A DNA stretch of 64,000 bases, taken from contig OZ287070.1 of the NCBI GenBank assembly GCA_965645245.1, forward strand, positions 1,550,001 through 1,614,000, read 5' to 3'. Positions within the stretch are counted from its first letter, which is position 1, and each line of letters begins with the position of its first letter. Shown piece after piece: positions 61,200-64,000 of this stretch. This DNA comes from Massalongia carnosa. Taxonomy: Eukaryota. A program made the position numbers and the translations under genes. A model generated the notes under the pieces. The model was not told where the DNA came from, ran no database searches, and worked only from the letters and a program-made list of their open reading frames with translations.

Positions 61200-64000
61200 A
61201 CGATTCGATGTACGGCTTTCTGTAATCCGTGTGTGTAGGCAAAAGAATTGCTGTTAATATTCCTTCTCATGGAATCTGAGGTGAACTTGTGCATCACGAA
61301 TTCGACATAATGTGCACCGGAAGCGGTCGTACTGGGGGGTGGTCATCATCATCGGTGTATTCCCAATGACCAGAATGTTCCTTGCTGAGCTAGGAGAAAT
61401 ACTTGTGCCACCTCAAAACGTCCCACTCCAAGAGGAGATGCGAGCGAGAAAGCGTTCGGACTGTCTTCAGCCTAGCGGAAGGAGATGCCAGCCACATAAT
61501 TTCACCTTGTCTGACGTTGGAGACATCCCATCTTGTTTTCCATACGTGATCCGCTGTGCGCCACACCTCTTCGTCTTCCTGGCATATGGTGATTTTCTTT
61601 AGTGGCATATCCTAGCACTGATGGTTGATGACGATTGCAGTTTCTAACCTTGATGGAATCCACGTATGAGCGGAGAATCCATTCTGCGGGCAACCCTGGG
61701 GCCGGGTCCCACTGACGGAGGCAATAGCCAAGCAATTGATAACCACGACTGCTGCAGCGAAAGAATCTTCCGAGTCTTGCAATATGAGAACCCAAGTATG
61801 CTTGGATGGGTCGAGTACGACTCTTTTGGGTCCTGTGCTCTTGGAAGGCATCCATAGTGCGTATTAGAACTCGTTCCGTTTTGAGTCAAATCCTGTCTGA
61901 CATAATGCTCTTAAGCAGGTGAACCGAACTTTGCCGAGCTCTTCCTGCCATTTCCCCTCTCTATTCCAAAGTGCTCGCAGAGCAAAGGGATTGCTGCCCG
62001 AGACCGCCTTGTAAAATTCGTCCTTGATGTGGATATCACTCCAACGAAAAGGCTTCAAGAGATTTTTTATGCTCTCAGTCCCTAGCAGTTCGGTCAAACG
62101 AACTCGTCGAGCATCAAAAGTGCAGAGAGACCGTCACTCCCTAGAAACCCTCCAAAGTTCGTGGATGTCGGACATCGGGCTGATTTTCCCAAGCCTCCAG
62201 CAAGGGCTCTTCCCAAGATCGACTATTTTGGGTTTTGATTGTTACATTTGCACCTATGTAAGACCATGGCTTCCAGCCACCATACTAAAAATTTTCGCGT
62301 CAACATAGTGAAAGAGCTTGGAGGCTTTCAAAAAGTGCAAATGTTGATGCTCCTTCAGCTGATGCGTGAATCTATGAATTGAACAACGACATATGTTCAG
62401 CATAAGCTTAGGGCTTGTCTATGCCCCAATGAGAAGTCTTTCATTGCCGCTGAAAGTATGTGCTCGAGCATAGGCATGCCATTGGCTAGAGAGCGTAGTA
62501 TTATAAGCTTGATTTGCTGTTACATCCTCAGGCTCACTTTCCGAGCTATCTTCATCTCCGATTTGGTCAGCATTTGAAGAATTTCTAGAGGAGAGCCATG
62601 GGTTGACTTCCTCAATTGTAGGCGAACTTGAAAAGGTTGAGCTAAAAGGCATCCAGTGTCCTAACCGCTCGTTATCTATTAATTGAGGATGTTCTCCTGT
62701 CTTCTGATCCTATGGAATGATTGAACCACTGCCAACGTTTAATTGTAGTATGGATCTGTGAGTCTCGCTATATACTTTCCACATAGGATCCCAGATGTCG
62801 GCAAAGACATCTGCTGCCGTCTAGACATAGAGTTCTTCTTGCGCATAAACTGGCTGCAAACTAAAGACCCATGCTTTCACACCATTGAGAAGAGCATTTA
62901 AACATTTTAATGGCTGACGTTGAAGTTGAATTAGGTGTAAAAACGTTTTGATGTGCGAAAATTTCCCTTCGCTCCCTATTATTTTTTCAGGAAAAGAGTC
63001 AACATGTGCGCCAGCATAAACCAATATAGCAAGGTCCAACAGACGCACAGTTTCATTCCAGCATATGGAACATTGAGTGGTTGAAGCATAGTACTCGATA
63101 AAAACAGTGTGAGACGGACGTGGCGATAAATGCAAAGATGATAGTAGCTTTTCACAAGCCACTGTCAAAGGCCTTACAATGTAATGCAAGTCCAGTTCTT
63201 CTTGATTCATATCATCTATAAAACGGACAGCGTTGTCAAACATCTGTGTTAGAGACTTAATGTTCTCAATCGGGATGGATAGTAAATTAGCAACTCGTGA
63301 ACGAGACTGATCAATTGCCAAAATGCTGAGATGATCTTGAATGAATATAGATAGATCTTTGAAGTCGCCGGATATCTGAAAAAGCAGCCACGATTATTTT
63401 CTGATAAACGTTCAAATCACTGACGATGGCTAACTGGAAAGTCGTGTGGAGATTGATCATAGGTTCATTGTTGTTTGCAAATAATTGAACATGAACCGAC
63501 TCCTTGCGCCAATCTAGAATTTCCAAGTCAACCGCTTCTGGGCAAGGGAGAGGTTTCCCTGATCTTAAGGATAAAGCAAGAGCGGAGTACTTGTAAACGT
63601 CATATATAAGATTTCTGAGCACAGAGTTTCTTGTAATACGCGCGAGGATTTTGGAGGTATGTTTGGCTCGTTTCAGATACTCCAGGTCGCTAGTATTCTC
63701 TTCCTGCGGATTTTATGTCCTCCGTTGATCATCTATGAGCTCTTCAAATAAGCTATGTTCCTCCTTGCTCTTGAACAGGAGCAGAAGTTGCACTGTTCGG
63801 TAGAGAACTTCATAGGCTCTTCGCTGCAATGACCACAGAACCACTGAGGACGGTGTAACTTCAGAGTTCCGGGCCCAAGACTATGAACCTCCGCCTTTAA
63901 GAATTTTGATCCCAACTGCTTATCTACCATTGGATCATCAGTCTCTTTTGATCGAGACGGGGCAGCCGAAGGTTTGATGCACATCATCTTCTCCGTACTC
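61200..64000 (-). pseudogene. Disrupted large conserved-hypothetical fungal gene (extends beyond window; left boundary approximate)
   Basis: Collinear fragments in changing frames: WFCGHC..CNFC zinc-ribbon-like, LDLAILVYAGAHV, RLLIGA*, SLCTFDARRVRLTELL, CLRALCQTG, HTWVLILQDS; many stops and frameshifts. Confidence 0.6.

Overview
Intron-rich genomic DNA from a filamentous ascomycete (Pezizomycotina-type genes; the species cannot be determined from sequence alone). The window opens inside a Tad1-like LINE (ORF1 intact, ORF2 runs off the edge), followed by a degenerate AT-rich element with a 12-bp tandem array. A housekeeping block follows: G6PD, CSN1, a TRM61-like tRNA methyltransferase, a monoacylglycerol-lipase-like hydrolase, a LYR protein, a SAM methyltransferase, CCR4, a class I cAMP phosphodiesterase, Dsc4/DUF1746, PPE1, a membrane alpha/beta hydrolase and a GMC oxidoreductase. 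At 36.7-40.7 kb three DNA transposons cluster: a 243-bp MITE with CAC termini and a 5-bp TSD (Transib-like signature) and two nonsense-inactivated DD34E Tc1-like elements. The second Tc1-like element carries a ~220-nt highly base-paired segment whose G-U wobbles favour an RNA antisense to the transposase. The right third holds a WSC/mucin-like gene, a conserved hypothetical gene, a dienelactone hydrolase, a HeLo-like-domain gene and decayed pseudogenes. Exon boundaries were read by eye; all family assignments are by motif recognition, not database search.
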